DNA of 63,194 nt, counting the filler, from Craspedostauros australis (Eukaryota): NCBI GenBank assembly GCA_030167865.1. It is 12 parts of 12 records of this genome, joined end to end, with 100 filler letters (N's around TTAATTAATTAA, not from the genome) between each part and the next. Parts side by side here need not be neighbours in the genome. Positions count along the whole stretch, not along the records: positions 16,019 to 26,040 come from JALAGF010006600.1; positions 26,141 to 28,778 come from JALAGF010006605.1; positions 28,879 to 32,134 come from JALAGF010006606.1; 9 more parts are not named here. One strand, written 5' to 3'. Position 1 is the stretch's first letter; every line of letters begins with the position of its first letter. Positions 20,527-32,234 of the stretch are shown here, piece after piece. The notes beneath the pieces are model-generated. The model was given only the letters and a program-made list of their open reading frames with translations, made no database searches and was not told where the DNA came from. Both the position numbers and the translations under genes were made by a program.

Positions 20527-22327
20527 TCACATGGGTGGATGTCCACGTGCCTCTTCCAGTTCTTGCTTCGCCTTTGCCAGCTGCGTCTTGAGATCTAGTT
20601 GCCGAACGCGAATATCTTGACAGATCCGCTCGAGCTTCGCCACCCAGAGCTTGTGCTCAAGAATTTTAATCTTCTTTGTCTTCCGCTTGGGCTGAGACGA
20701 TGACCTGTCGTGTTGTGGATTGGTGTTGGTGCTGTCGGTGCTGTTGATGCTGTTGGAACCACGAGAATGAGGACGCGGACGATGATCTGGAAGAGAAGGA
20801 GCGCGGCGAGTTCAACAGCGCTGATATCATTGGATGATGCGACTTCGTCCGCAACAGCAATATCGTCAGCGATATCATCATTGGTAGTACTGTGGCTGAG
20901 GGCGGATCCTGTCTCATTGCTGGTTGACCGGGTTCTCCTCTTCCGCTTCTTTGATCGGACGCAGATCCTCGTATGGCGATACCCGAGATGTTTCTGTTCC
21001 TTTTCATCGTCTCCGCGGTCACGATCGATAGCGCCATCGTTCCCGTCGCTACCGTTGTTGCCGTCACTTTCGTATAAGGACTCGTTGCCGTCATCATTTG
21101 GTGGAATGGGAGTGCTCCCGTCATCTCGGTCTTTGTCATCGTCGCTCCCGTCGCCGCTCTCATCTTCGGTTTCGTCTTCTCTCTCCTCGTCACTGTCGTC
21201 GGAGCATTGGTCGTCGTGACAGCGGGGCGCACTTGTGGGGAACTCCATGCCCGTCTTTGCGGAGGTGGGTAAAGGCCTCAGTGATGGTCGCGGGCTGGAT
21301 TCGGGAGAGATAGTGGCTTGTGACGATCTCTCCGCAAGCTGGGGAGCGTCCTTCAGCACTTTCCAACAAGCCGCGAGTATCTCGACGCTGAGAGAGCGGT
21401 TTTCGCCCTCCGTCTTGTGTGACTGAGTTGGGACAGACTAGCTCCGGGACTGACTCGGGACTTGACTGTCCATTCCGCGTACACGGTACTCGGTACCCAA
21501 GACCGATACTATGATGAAAGGCTACCACACACACGATGTGTAGTTGAACTGCAATCCTTGCGTTGCTCGCCCTCCAGCTCATGCACCCCTGCCACCTATC
21601 CACCTCGTCACCCTGCCGAACATGCATCTGTCTTGAAGCATATCCATGTGAATGGATCAGTTACTGCTCTATGGGTGATGATACTGGAAGACTGTATGTG
21701 TGCAGGATCACCACGGCATGTTGCTGCGCAACAAAGAACGGCTGAAGTACGACAGCATGAACCCCACCTTTTTACTCGATCGTCCTATCAATAGTAAGCT
21801 TAACACATAAAACAAGCAATCAGAAACAATCTTCACAGCTTACTTCCAAGTTTACTACAGTTACACCATCGTCTGATACAGCTTTGCTCTCAACATCAAA
21901 CGGTGCCAAAGCCGGTTGAAGGGCAGATCATCCTCCTGACAACGTGCAAAAGACACGGTATACTAACTGACTGGTACCAATTTGCAATCCATCGCACTTC
22001 GGCTTCTTCCGACATGTGCGGAGTCGATGGGTGATGTTCTCGAAGTTGGAGGACAGGGCGCCGGATTCTGTTGAAGAAGGCCCCGAGACTGTATTGATTT
22101 GAGTGTAGGGATATGTGGACATTAGATGCTGCTTCATCATTGTTGGTGTCGCCTCCGCTTGCGAGCTTTCCATCCAATTCTTGGTTGTATTGGTTGATGC
22201 TCTGGTTGAACATCTTCAAGATGAGAGGCCAACGTCGTTCCCCACGCTTGAGTGGTTTCTTATTTACTTCCATAAAGGCGACGCAAAGAAACCGCGCTTT
22301 CGTTGGAGTCCAGCCAAGAGGCGGCAT
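20527..22327 (-). pseudogene. Myb/trihelix(NAM-associated-like) paralogue 1, interrupted by a 543-bp insertion and with a 3' frameshift
   Basis: MPPLGWTPTKARFLCVAF..WIANWYQS | HKTEG..ACWKVLKDAPQ; the terminal coiled coil (LWVAKLER..AKQELEEARG) is in another frame. Confidence 0.8.
21426..21968 (+). mobile_element. 543-bp insertion, probable solo LTR (family D), AGTT..AACT termini, 5-bp TSD GACTG
   Basis: GACTG at 21421-21425 and 21969-21973; precise removal makes paralogue 1 collinear with paralogues 2 and 3 (23 aa from W to CW in all three). Confidence 0.8.
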
Positions 22328-22929
22328 CGTGAAGGAGTGGATTTGTACTGTTTGAGTGTCTCCTTTGATGCTATGCGTTGTTCTATGATCGACGATGGCG
22401 CTGGCTCTTGTTTCGTGGGTGCAGTTGCGAGCGATGAAGACGAAGCAGAAGAGAGGAAGTTTGAACGCCAGTCTTCTGAAAAGGTCAAGTTGGAAGATCA
22501 ACGCAGCGATTGGTGTGCGATGCCTCTCTGTTGCTTCTTCTGCTTCTGTTGCTGTGTCCGTTATGATCGACGATGGAAGTCAAGTATCGATCCTGATGTG
22601 ACTTTCTGCCGATGTGCGTGGTACGTCTCATCGATGGAAATTTGCATTTGTGGAGAGGGAGGTATCTGCGCCGACTTCCGCAAACTCGACAAGCATTCAC
22701 GAAACATCATGCGCTAGCTAGTGCACGATGATATCCAGAGGTCTCAACAGGAAAGAGATGGTCGCATGTCCATGCAAACTGTGATCTGTTCCATTATTCC
22801 CTTCGGAATGTCCACCCACCTGAAATTGGCACCACCAATCGGATCCTGCATACACATGCATTCTCCAATTTCCCCATTGCTCCATCTCTCGATCCATCCA
22901 CGCATGTGAAAGTTCGACACCTAATGACT

Positions 22930-24201
22930 TCAAGCCGAGCGATTGCGATGTGCCTCCTCCATTTCTTTCTTCGCCTCAGCAACCTGAAGCTTCAGATTGA
23001 GTTCCTGCAGGCGCAGATCGTGATAGTTGCGCTTAAGCTTGGTAAGCCGGAGTTCCTCGCGAATCGTGTCCATCTCCTCGCTGCCTTGGAGCGCCTTGGG
23101 TGGTGTGCTTCTTGCGGAGTCTCGGTCTTCTGTTCGCGTGGCTTGCGCTGTTTCTGAACGCACCTGCGGCGTGCCGTCTGTGTTGTCACGACGGTGTCCG
23201 CGATGCTGGCGACGACGACGATACCTGACTGTTTTGGCAACGCCATTGCCGTCTCCGGCTGCGTCGCCGTTTTCCACATGGGCGCTATCATCCGTGTTGC
23301 CGTCCTCCGCATCGTTATTGAGGACGACAAGCGTGCTCCTGTCAGCATCTACGGATACGCCACGATGCTTGCGTTTGCGCGATGGGGTATACCCAGTCGC
23401 AGTCGCAGGCTGTTGGTCATTGGATCCTCGCATCTGGATGGCGCTGTCGTTGTCGTTGTCGCTGCTGCTCTCCGTGTTCTCGTAGCTGGTGACAGTAGCA
23501 GGCGCGTACTCGTTGTCGTCGTCGTCGTCATCCGGATTGTATTGATCGTCCCCGCTCGTTCTGACGGAATTGTCTCCGTCTTCGCTTGCATGATCGCCGT
23601 CAGTCTCACCATGAGGGGATGAGCCTTGATGGTCGCAACGGTTTCGAGCGCGGACTGATGCCGCGACTGATTTGCGTGCGAGGAGGCGAAAAGGTCGAAG
23701 TGTGAGTTGTGGATAGGACTGAGCAAAGGCAGGTGAGGAAGCATCTGCAATTTGCGGCGCGTCCTTCAGGAGTCTCCAGCACTCCACGAAGGCGTGGATG
23801 TTGAGGCGAGAGTGTCTGGATCTTTTGTGCCACGATTCGCGCCAATCTGCGATCCATTGGAATTCAGCTTCCTGCGAAGTGTGAGGTGTTGGCGGAAGAT
23901 GCTTTCGAAGTTGCAGAGTGGAATGCCGGACGGTGCCGAAGATGCGTCTGAGACTATCTGCAGAAACCGTGCATGCGAGGTCATCGCAATCATCGCCGAA
24001 GTCGCTGTTGTTTCTGTCGGCGTTTCCTCTGTTCGCTCTCTCTATTGCCATCCGTTCGTTGTACTGCGCGATGCGGCGCTTGAAATTCTCAAAAATGAGA
24101 GACCAAGTTCCGCTTTTGCATATGCCTGGTCCCTTCTTGATTTCCAGGTAGGCGAGGCAAAGCATCCTCGCTTTCGCCGGAGTCCAGGAAGGTTGCGTCA
24201 T
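22930..24201 (-). CDS. Myb/trihelix(NAM-associated-like) paralogue 2 with acidic region, NLS-like motif and C-terminal coiled coil
   Basis: MTQPSWTPAKARMLCLAY..GTWSLI..ECWRLLKDAPQ..PSRKRK..LRLTKLKRNYHDLRLQEL; start chosen by paralogue alignment. Confidence 0.85.
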   Translation of the reverse strand: MTQPSWTPAKARMLCLAYLEIKKGPGICKSGTWSLIFENFKRRIAQYNERMAIERANRGNADRNNSDFGDDCDDLACTVSADSLRRIFGTVRHSTLQLRKHLPPTPHTSQEAEFQWIADWRESWHKRSRHSRLNIHAFVECWRLLKDAPQIADASSPAFAQSYPQLTLRPFRLLARKSVAASVRARNRCDHQGSSPHGETDGDHASEDGDNSVRTSGDDQYNPDDDDDDNEYAPATVTSYENTESSSDNDNDSAIQMRGSNDQQPATATGYTPSRKRKHRGVSVDADRSTLVVLNNDAEDGNTDDSAHVENGDAAGDGNGVAKTVRYRRRRQHRGHRRDNTDGTPQVRSETAQATRTEDRDSARSTPPKALQGSEEMDTIREELRLTKLKRNYHDLRLQELNLKLQVAEAKKEMEEAHRNRSA

Positions 24202-24778
24202 TTTAGAGAAGAAGTGAGAATGTGCTGTGTGAGTATTGGCGGTGACGATATTCCATGGACTGCCCTTGGACTCTTCGCTCAAGCTTTGGTGCAGTGTCTG
24301 CTGTTGTGTTGGATTTGGTGACGCTGGATGGTGTTGTTGTGTGCCTGGCCTCCTGGTTGGAGTTGATGGGCGACTTTGTGGGGAGGGGATGCGTGGATCT
24401 TCTGGTGATGCCAAAAGATACGGTTGCACTCGATTGAGTCAATCGCAGTGATTTGGATGGAGGTGGCTTTCTCGATGAGAACCTCTCTCTGGTCAGAGAG
24501 GGCTGGTGTGGCGGAACCACAAACGAGACCGACAATACCATTCATCTGTGCAACAGATGCTCTCTCATTCCATCAACGAACCCAAACGTTGCATGCATCT
24601 CATCGCTTGGCTCGGCACAGCGAGTGATAACTTCATTCATCTAATATTTGCAAGAGAGGTCAGGGGCTTTATCTGAACGCTGTGCGAGTTGAGGATAGCG
24701 TGTGGCGCTGGTCTGTATACGCCGTGACTTCATTCCTTCATTTGTTCATGCATATGCAACGATCGACATCTATATCCT

Positions 24779-26032
24779 TCAAATCGTTCGATCACCACGA
24801 GCTTCTTCCACTTCTTTCTTCGCCCTCTCGACCTGGAGCTTGAGGATGAGTTCTTGAATGCGCAGTTCGTGGTAGTTGCGCTCAAGTTTAGCTACCCGGA
24901 GCTGTTCGCGGAGCAACTTGGTATGCTTGCGGTCATGCAACGCTTGAGGCAACGTGATCGTTGCAGTTTCCATTGGCGTTGTCCTTTTTGTTGGCTTTAG
25001 GCGCCTGAGTGGATAGGCGTTGCCATTCATGTCGTTGTGGAGGTGTTGATACCGACGACGTGTGCGCTTTGGTCTTGGATCGTCCCTGATTTCGTCGGCG
25101 CTCTCCACGTTGATATCATCGTCTGTGTTGCTGTCCATGTCATCGCTGTCGACGACGGCGCGCGTGTTGGAATGACATGTGCCGGGATCTGCAGATACGC
25201 GACGACGCTTGCGCTTCCGCGATGGGGCGCGAACAGTCGCACGCCGTCGGTCTATGAATTGCCGAGTGGGATTTCCGCTGCTGTATACGGTGGGCCTCGC
25301 GTTGCCGCCGTCGTCGTCGCGACTCGTGATTTTGTTGGGTCTGTTGGGGGCTATAGACGCATCCTCCTCCTCCTCTTCTTCATCTTCGTCATCGTCACCG
25401 GTATTACCTGCGTCGTCATCTTCGTTGCTATCATCGCTATCAAGTTCATGATCTGCGTGTTGACTGTCGCGACGGCCGATGGCACAGGCAGATGTTTTGG
25501 TACATTTGCGCGCGATGAGGCGAACTACCCGATGCGTTGGCTGTGGATTGCATCTGGAGGCAGCTGAAGAATCATCTGCAATTTGCGGAGCGTCTTTCAA
25601 GATCCTCCAGCACTCCAACAGTAAGTTGCTGTGCAAACCCACGCTCGCGCCTCTGGCTGCGTATGATTGGTGCCAACGGTCGACCCACTGAGCTTCTTGC
25701 TTTCTGGATTTGTGAGGGTTCGGCGGACGCACTTTTCGGAGATCGAGGATGGTGCACCGGATCTTGCTGAATATCCTTCGATACCGCGCGGTGTCGTGAA
25801 CGCATGAGATCTTCTTGATATCGCCTGCTGATGCCGCAGAGTTTTTGCGTGCGCGTGCACCCTTTGCATGCTTCCTTGCGACTCTCCTGTTGTGTGCCTG
25901 GATGGCTTTCTTCATGTTCCGTGAAATGAGGGGCCAGGTTCCTTTTTCGCACCTCCCTGGTCCTTTGACCACCTTCAAGAATTCAAGGCACAGCATCCGC
26001 GCTTCCTCGGCAGTCCAGAAAGTACGCCGCAT
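24779..26032 (-). CDS. Myb/trihelix(NAM-associated-like) paralogue 3, 417 aa
   Basis: WTAEEARMLCLEF..GTWPLI..ECWRILKDAPQ..PSRKRK..LRVAKLERNYHELRIQEL. Confidence 0.85.
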   Translation of the reverse strand: MRRTFWTAEEARMLCLEFLKVVKGPGRCEKGTWPLISRNMKKAIQAHNRRVARKHAKGARARKNSAASAGDIKKISCVHDTARYRRIFSKIRCTILDLRKVRPPNPHKSRKQEAQWVDRWHQSYAARGASVGLHSNLLLECWRILKDAPQIADDSSAASRCNPQPTHRVVRLIARKCTKTSACAIGRRDSQHADHELDSDDSNEDDDAGNTGDDDEDEEEEEEDASIAPNRPNKITSRDDDGGNARPTVYSSGNPTRQFIDRRRATVRAPSRKRKRRRVSADPGTCHSNTRAVVDSDDMDSNTDDDINVESADEIRDDPRPKRTRRRYQHLHNDMNGNAYPLRRLKPTKRTTPMETATITLPQALHDRKHTKLLREQLRVAKLERNYHELRIQELILKLQVERAKKEVEEARGDRTI

Positions 26033-26854
26033 TGTGTACGNNNNNNNNNNNNNNNNNNNNNNNNNNNNNNNNNNNNNNNNNNNNTTAATTAATTAANNNN
26101 NNNNNNNNNNNNNNNNNNNNNNNNNNNNNNNNNNNNNNNNCCGTGAGAATCAGTATCGATCTGAACCGGGTGGGACGAAGACATCAAATAAAAAGTCTGT
26201 CCAACCACTCGTGAACTTGACGATGTCACTCAACATGGAACATGCGACGTTGCCATGCACTTAACGACAAGAAGAATCACGTCATCACAGTTTCGACTCG
26301 AACTAACGCCCGTAACGTCGAAATGAGCACGTACTACTCCGCTCGCACGAGTTTGCAGCACCTTGCCGGCTCGCAGTTCGGTTGGTTGCCGTTCAGTGTT
26401 TTGGGAGCCGCGGCAATTTTGGAGAGACTCCTTCGCAATGACGTTCCCGGCAAGCCTGACAGGTTGTCAAGTTGCTGGACATGATGACGTGGGTTGAAAT
26501 GTCTGCGACCTCTGAACTCTCTTCGAGCTCCTCTGTGTATACCATGCATTGAGTACCTTAGTATGATACTACAAAATCGATGCGATACCATTCGTATAGA
26601 GCATGCGCCTAACCCGGCACACTCAGTATATCTTCGACAGTGAATCGGGTTCTCCACTAGTCTCCCGTGCGTGCCCACTGTGACGAAGTAGACAAAAATA
26701 CATAGGCACATTCATGTACACAGCGCACTGCTCATTGCGCACTCCTACCTTCGTCAGACTCAACTGAAAGGCAATGCGTCACTTTGCACCATACTAGCAT
26801 CATCCATGGCATCCATGTTGGTACCTGCTTCCTGCTTGTGTCATCCTCGTGGTC

Positions 26855-27660
26855 TGTTGGCAAGTTCCGCTCACGGAAGCCTACGATCATGGAAGACGGT
26901 GTTGTTGATAGCCGGTCTGTTTGCAATTTCATTAGTTGAGCACTCCAATCCTCTTGGTGTCTCAGTTGTCTTGCCCGATGCTCTCGGCGCGTTTGTCAAT
27001 CTCGTAGATTGGATGGTCCGACTATGAGTCGGCACGCGGGATCCTCTCTCGCTGTTATTCCTATTCTCTCTCTCTCTCAACACCATGTGCTTGTGCTACA
27101 TGAAACTCCACGTTTGATGCGTGCTCCGCATTTGACACTCTGTTCGTTCACTACTGGCTCCTACTCCACAAGTACTTACCATTTGAACTTCACCTCCTGT
27201 ATTCATGATCTTGATGCCCTTCGGTCATCGGATCTTCATCTCCTGCTCTGACCTGGAGACAGATGTCGACGTGGTGACACGATGACATCCTGTCGACGTC
27301 AGTAGGTGTTCTTCTGCTCTCCAGATGTCACGTTCCGTCGATGATGCGATGGTCTCTCAGATGATATCGTCATCTGAGGTTTAGTTGGGAAGCACTTCGA
27401 GATTCACTCGATACCATACATTTCCATTGATGGATGGACAGACAATGTTCCTGATTCTCTCAGAAATCACTGATTGCAAATCTCCTCCAGAAATCCTGCT
27501 CCTTTTCATGTGTCCGAATTCGTGATGTGATTTTGGCAAATCACAGCATACTATTGACACGAGTGTAGTTATACCGTCCAAGTGCGTATGAGAGAACAAC
27601 AGGTGAACGATGCACATATACATGTACATCTCGACATATACTCACATGTACATCTCGACA
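26855..27660 (-). mobile_element. 3' LTR (family B, ~806 bp, TG..CA) of a Copia element
   Basis: On the minus strand, PPT CAGGAAGGG is followed by TGTCGAGA...TTGCCAACA, directly downstream of pol. Confidence 0.88.
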
Positions 27661-27762
27661 CCCTTCCTGTGTGCATTCGGTCATTNNNNNNNNNNNNNNN
27701 NNNNNNNNNNNNNNNNNNNNNNNNNNNNNNNNNNNCTCGACACCCTTCCTGTGTGCATTCGG

Positions 27763-28778
27763 TCATTCGAATGTTCTCGATGTGTCAAGGTACGACTTCT
27801 CATGTTCACGTTGTAAGTCGGCCTTGATGTTCTTGGTGAATCCGTNNNNNNNNNNNNNNNNNNNNNNNNNNNNNNNNNNNNNNNNNNNNNNNNNNNNNNN
27901 NNNNNNNNNNNNNNNNNNNNNNNNNNNNNNNATGTGCCGCGATCGTTGGGATGTTGATGGGTTCTTGGCGATGAAGATCGCTCCGATGTTGTCCACACGG
28001 ACCTTGATCGGTGTCTTTACTGGAACGCCCACACTTTCGAGTAGCTGCATGATGAAGAAGATCTCCTTTGCCGCTTCGGAAAGGGCAACGTATTCTGCTT
28101 CGGATGAGCTGAGTGTGACGGCCTTCTGTGCTTTGGATCGCCAAAGGATTGGCACCTTGCACAGGTATAGGATGAACCCTCCTACGCTTATTCTTGTGTT
28201 CTTGTCTCCTGCGTATTCGCTATCGCAAAAGAGCTCCATGTCCCAGCCGTCATCGTCTGGACGCGCTGCATGGATCTTCAATCCATAGTCCTTTGTATCG
28301 ATCACGTACTTGATGATCCGATACATCTCCTTCATTGTGGCCTTGGTGGGCCCGATCAATACCTTGGAAAGTTCCCTCACAGGGTTCGCGATATCTGGTC
28401 GCGAGTGCTTGATGAGGAAGAGTAGCATACCGACGCCTCGGCGGTATTTGGCATGTTCTTCCAATCCGACCTTCTGCAGTCCGTTGTCGTCGGATGGTCG
28501 TACGATGATTTGACCCGGGGTTCCCAGTGTCGCGTAGCGTTGCATCTTCTCAACCTTGGTTCCAAACTCTTCGATAAGATGTCGGATGAGATGTGGTTGA
28601 CGCAATGTCGCTCTGGTCTTGTCGTGGTTCAACTCAATGTTGCAGCTGAGGTAGTCTCCGAGTCCACGCTCGATTGTTACCTTGAATTTGCTGTCTTGGA
28701 TGTCCTTCAGAAATGTCTCCAGTGCCTTGGAGTCTCCGCAGCAAAAGCAATCGTCCACATAGATGGCCACGATCATGC
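27763..28778 (-). mobile_element. Ty1/copia pol fragment (RT and RNase H)
   Basis: IYVDD, SRPDI, FCDSEYAGD..RISVGG, LSSSEAEY, VDNIGAI, FTK. Confidence 0.95.
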
Positions 28779-28943
28779 NNNNNNNNNNNNNNNNNNNNNN
28801 NNNNNNNNNNNNNNNNNNNNNNTTAATTAATTAANNNNNNNNNNNNNNNNNNNNNNNNNNNNNNNNNNNNNNNNNNNNACCATGATCCGGACTTCAAGAC
28901 TTTCTGGAAACAACTCCATGGCAAAGAGCTGCCACCGAAGACC

Positions 28944-30209
28944 GTGTTCACTCTGCACTACCCACCAGAAAAGCAGATCGACTGCTACAGTGTCACACCC
29001 AAGCGGATGGAATACTGGGACATGGCCATCGAAGCAGGATTCACTTTTCATGACTTGGAATCGATGGTGAAGCGGCGGCACGAGCACGTTGCTGTATCAC
29101 CTTGTATTTTACTGAGCGGTTTGCCTGGCTTGTGCTGCAGGCTGATGCACATTCGATCCCTGAGTCTGGATTATGGCACCATTGACCAATTCGGAGAAGA
29201 AGACAAGCAAGTGATTCGCTTCGTACTTCGATTGGTTGCCGAACACCCACTCAAGTCTTCATTCGACAAAGGCATCGAATTGCCTCAACGCTTCGTGGAG
29301 ATGAAACAGCTCCACGATATCCCTCTTGTGACAAATTGTGTGCATTTGGATTCATGTGATCTTGTTGATTGCGACAAGCTCATGTTCAACATCTCCCAAA
29401 ACCCGAAATACGTTCGGTTCGGTGACTGCAAGCTCGCCAATGGTGGCGCTGATTTGTGCAGATGGCTGTCTCCAAACAATTGCAGCGTCACCGGAGTATC
29501 CATTTTATTCACCCGTGTCACTTGTGATAGCTTGGCAAAGCTATTCCGGTCAAACAAGCGCATCAACAAGCTCAACATCAGTTTCTGTCGGCTCACCGAC
29601 AGACAACGAATGTACTCGCGACAAGAAATCGATCAGATCATCCAACTCCTTTCAGATGCATCACACCTGAAGGAGCTTTGGGTTGCCAATGATTGTAAGG
29701 GGTTATCGCGACAAGAACGAGATACATGGGGCGACATTTTTATATCGCTACTGGGAAACAAGAGCTTGTCATATTTCGGATACCGGCGCTATGGTGCTCC
29801 CAGCATGTTTGAGGTTCCGCCCCAGATCTCCTCGACACAAATGGAAGCACTTGAGCAAGCCATGGAGCAGACTACCCAACTCACCTGTCTCCGCATTTCT
29901 CCAAGCCTGCCCAACAAACATGCCCATTGGTACCATGCACTTGTTGAACGTACCTTGCGTCGAAATTATCGCACCAAGATGAGTTCAATGCCGCGTTCCC
30001 TTCCAACATGGTCGCGACCACTGGCCCTGTTTGGGGAGGTGCTGATGAGAATAAGCAAACGTCAGAGTAGACTTGATCCAGTGGGTTCCACGAACGAGAC
30101 TTTTCACATTCTGCTGCAGTGCAGTGACATGTTGAAACAGACGTGGGACGATCGTATTGCCGATCAGCAACGACCAGACACGACAGAAGAAATAGCGCCG
30201 CAGCGATAA
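28944..30209 (+). CDS. Degenerate RNI-like leucine-rich-repeat protein; 5' end uncertain
   Basis: 421-aa ORF with LFRSNKRINKLNISFC, HLKELWV, LLGNKSLSYF and TTQLTCLRI repeats; GTG start near the scaffold edge. Confidence 0.7.
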   Translation: MFTLHYPPEKQIDCYSVTPKRMEYWDMAIEAGFTFHDLESMVKRRHEHVAVSPCILLSGLPGLCCRLMHIRSLSLDYGTIDQFGEEDKQVIRFVLRLVAEHPLKSSFDKGIELPQRFVEMKQLHDIPLVTNCVHLDSCDLVDCDKLMFNISQNPKYVRFGDCKLANGGADLCRWLSPNNCSVTGVSILFTRVTCDSLAKLFRSNKRINKLNISFCRLTDRQRMYSRQEIDQIIQLLSDASHLKELWVANDCKGLSRQERDTWGDIFISLLGNKSLSYFGYRRYGAPSMFEVPPQISSTQMEALEQAMEQTTQLTCLRISPSLPNKHAHWYHALVERTLRRNYRTKMSSMPRSLPTWSRPLALFGEVLMRISKRQSRLDPVGSTNETFHILLQCSDMLKQTWDDRIADQQRPDTTEEIAPQR

Positions 30210-30650
30210 GATCATGGGCCTTCTGCCAGCGCAATGAAATTGGCAGCCAACTGGCCACACTAATGAAAGCGACGGAACTTGTGATTGGCGCTCGGTGTTC
30301 ACAAAGCAAAGAAAGGTGTGTCGATGATTGATATCATACGATGCTGTATCACCTTAAACAACTGTAGGACAACTTCTCTCATCCAACTCCACTGACTGCA
30401 AGCGAGTCGAGTATGTCCATGCCCGTGCGCATTCCTGGAAAGACTACAAAACTGATGCATCTGCAACGACGAGAAACCGCCTCGCGCAGCGTCAACCAAC
30501 AACACCAAACAAAGCAAAGAGAGTCACGATGATACTATTATACGATACTACTATTCGGGATACTCTATCTCCGACGATCGGCATGCTTGACTTGCGGTCA
30601 ACGAAAGTCAGAGGCGTCGGCAGCGAGAGTCGCAAAACAAAACTGATGTT

Positions 30651-32099
30651 TCAGCCAGCCAGCACGACACCTGCTGCGATGCCACCGCCGATGATGAGGA
30701 CAGCCGCGATGACGACGGGGACCATGATGTTGCTCTTGGTCGGTGCTGGTTCCTGCAACGTCGGCTTTGTGGTGGTGGTGGCCGTCTGTGCCTCAATGTC
30801 GACGTAATGCATGCTTGTGGTGTTGCCGGTGTCCTGCTCGACCACGTTCTTCAGATCGAGATGGTTGCTGGATCCCTTGGAGGGTCCGATGGATTCTTTT
30901 CGCGTGAGCTGCTTGACTTGTGGATCTTGATTGGTGGTTTGCGCCGGATCAGTTGTGGGAGTCATGGGAGTGATGGATATTTCAATGGAGTTGGTGCGCG
31001 AGACGAGCTGGGTGGGCATGTCCTCGTTGGTGTCGTTGGTCTCGTTGAGGAGGATGGCGGAATGAGTGNNNNNNNNNNNNNNNNNNNNNNNNNNNNNNNN
31101 NNNNNNNNNNNNNNNNNNGCCAGCACGACACCTGCTGCGATGCCACCGCCGATGATGAGGACAGCCGCGATGACGACGGGGACCATGATGTTGCTCTTGG
31201 TCGGTGCTGGTTCCTGCAACGTCGGCTTTGTGGTGGTGGTGGCCGTCTGTGCCTCAATGTCGACGTAATGCATGCTTGTGGTGTTGCCGGTGTCCTGCTC
31301 GACCACGTTCTTCNNNNNNNNNNNNNNNNNNNNNNNNNNNNNNNNNNNNNNNNNNNNNNNNNNNNNNNNNNNNNNNNNNNNNNNNNNNNNNNNNNNNNNN
31401 NNNNNNNNNNNNNNNNNNNNNNNNNNNNNNNNNNNNNNNNNNNNNATGGAGTTGGTGCGCGAGACGAGCTGGGTGGGCATGTCCTCGTTGGTGTCGTTGG
31501 TCTCGTTGAGGAGGATGGCGGAATGAGTGGATTGGCTTTTGTCCAAAACCACCCCGGCTGAAGCGGAACTGCCGCTCATGAGGCGGTTGGCGGATGTGGA
31601 GATGTACGTTGACGCTGGGTCTTTGGCGGAAGGTGGATCCTCACCGTCCATGTCCATGTCCACATTGCTGTGGTTGGATTCCTTGGAAAGGGAGTTGGTG
31701 GAGTCCTGGTTGCCGTGGTTGCTGGTCGATGAATTGGAGGTTGCGGCCGTGCGCTGGGTACCGTCATTTTTTGGCGGAGACCATGGAAGAGAAGAGCCCG
31801 GAATCCCCATTGGAATGGGCACCGAATTCGCCTGGCTTGCGTTTGTTGNCAGTTCTGGTGGANGGTCGCTCCGTCTCGTCGCCCTCCTCGCCTTCGACGA
31901 CAGACTCCAGTCCACCTTCCTGGCGGATGGAGGACATCCTCTTGGCGGAGGAGAAGCCGAAGGACGAGATCCCCGTTGGAGGAGGCGTTGGGGCTGTCCT
32001 GGACGGCGCGGTGGTGGCGGTGGTGGGAGATGTTCCGATCGGGCGTGGGCGCTGGTCGGATGTGGAACGGAATTCGTCATGAAAGGAGTCGTCTCGCAT
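30651..32099 (-). CDS. Ser/Thr-rich protein with a C-terminal TM helix; possible pseudogene, collapsed assembly
   Basis: Ends VPVVIAAVLIIGGGIAAGVVLAG-stop; frame change near 31770; 3' part duplicated across gaps. Confidence 0.5.
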
Positions 32100-32234
32100 G
32101 GAGTCGTCCTCGTCTGTGAACTCGTCGAAGCCTCNNNNNNNNNNNNNNNNNNNNNNNNNNNNNNNNNNNNNNNNNNNNTTAATTAATTAANNNNNNNNNN
32201 NNNNNNNNNNNNNNNNNNNNNNNNNNNNNNNNNN

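Noticed and set aside
26141..26854. Short ORFs flanking an LTR
   Set aside because: No recognisable homology or structure.
30659..31527. Apparent tandem duplication of a TM-coding segment
   Set aside because: Identical sequence on both sides of gaps; assembly artefact.
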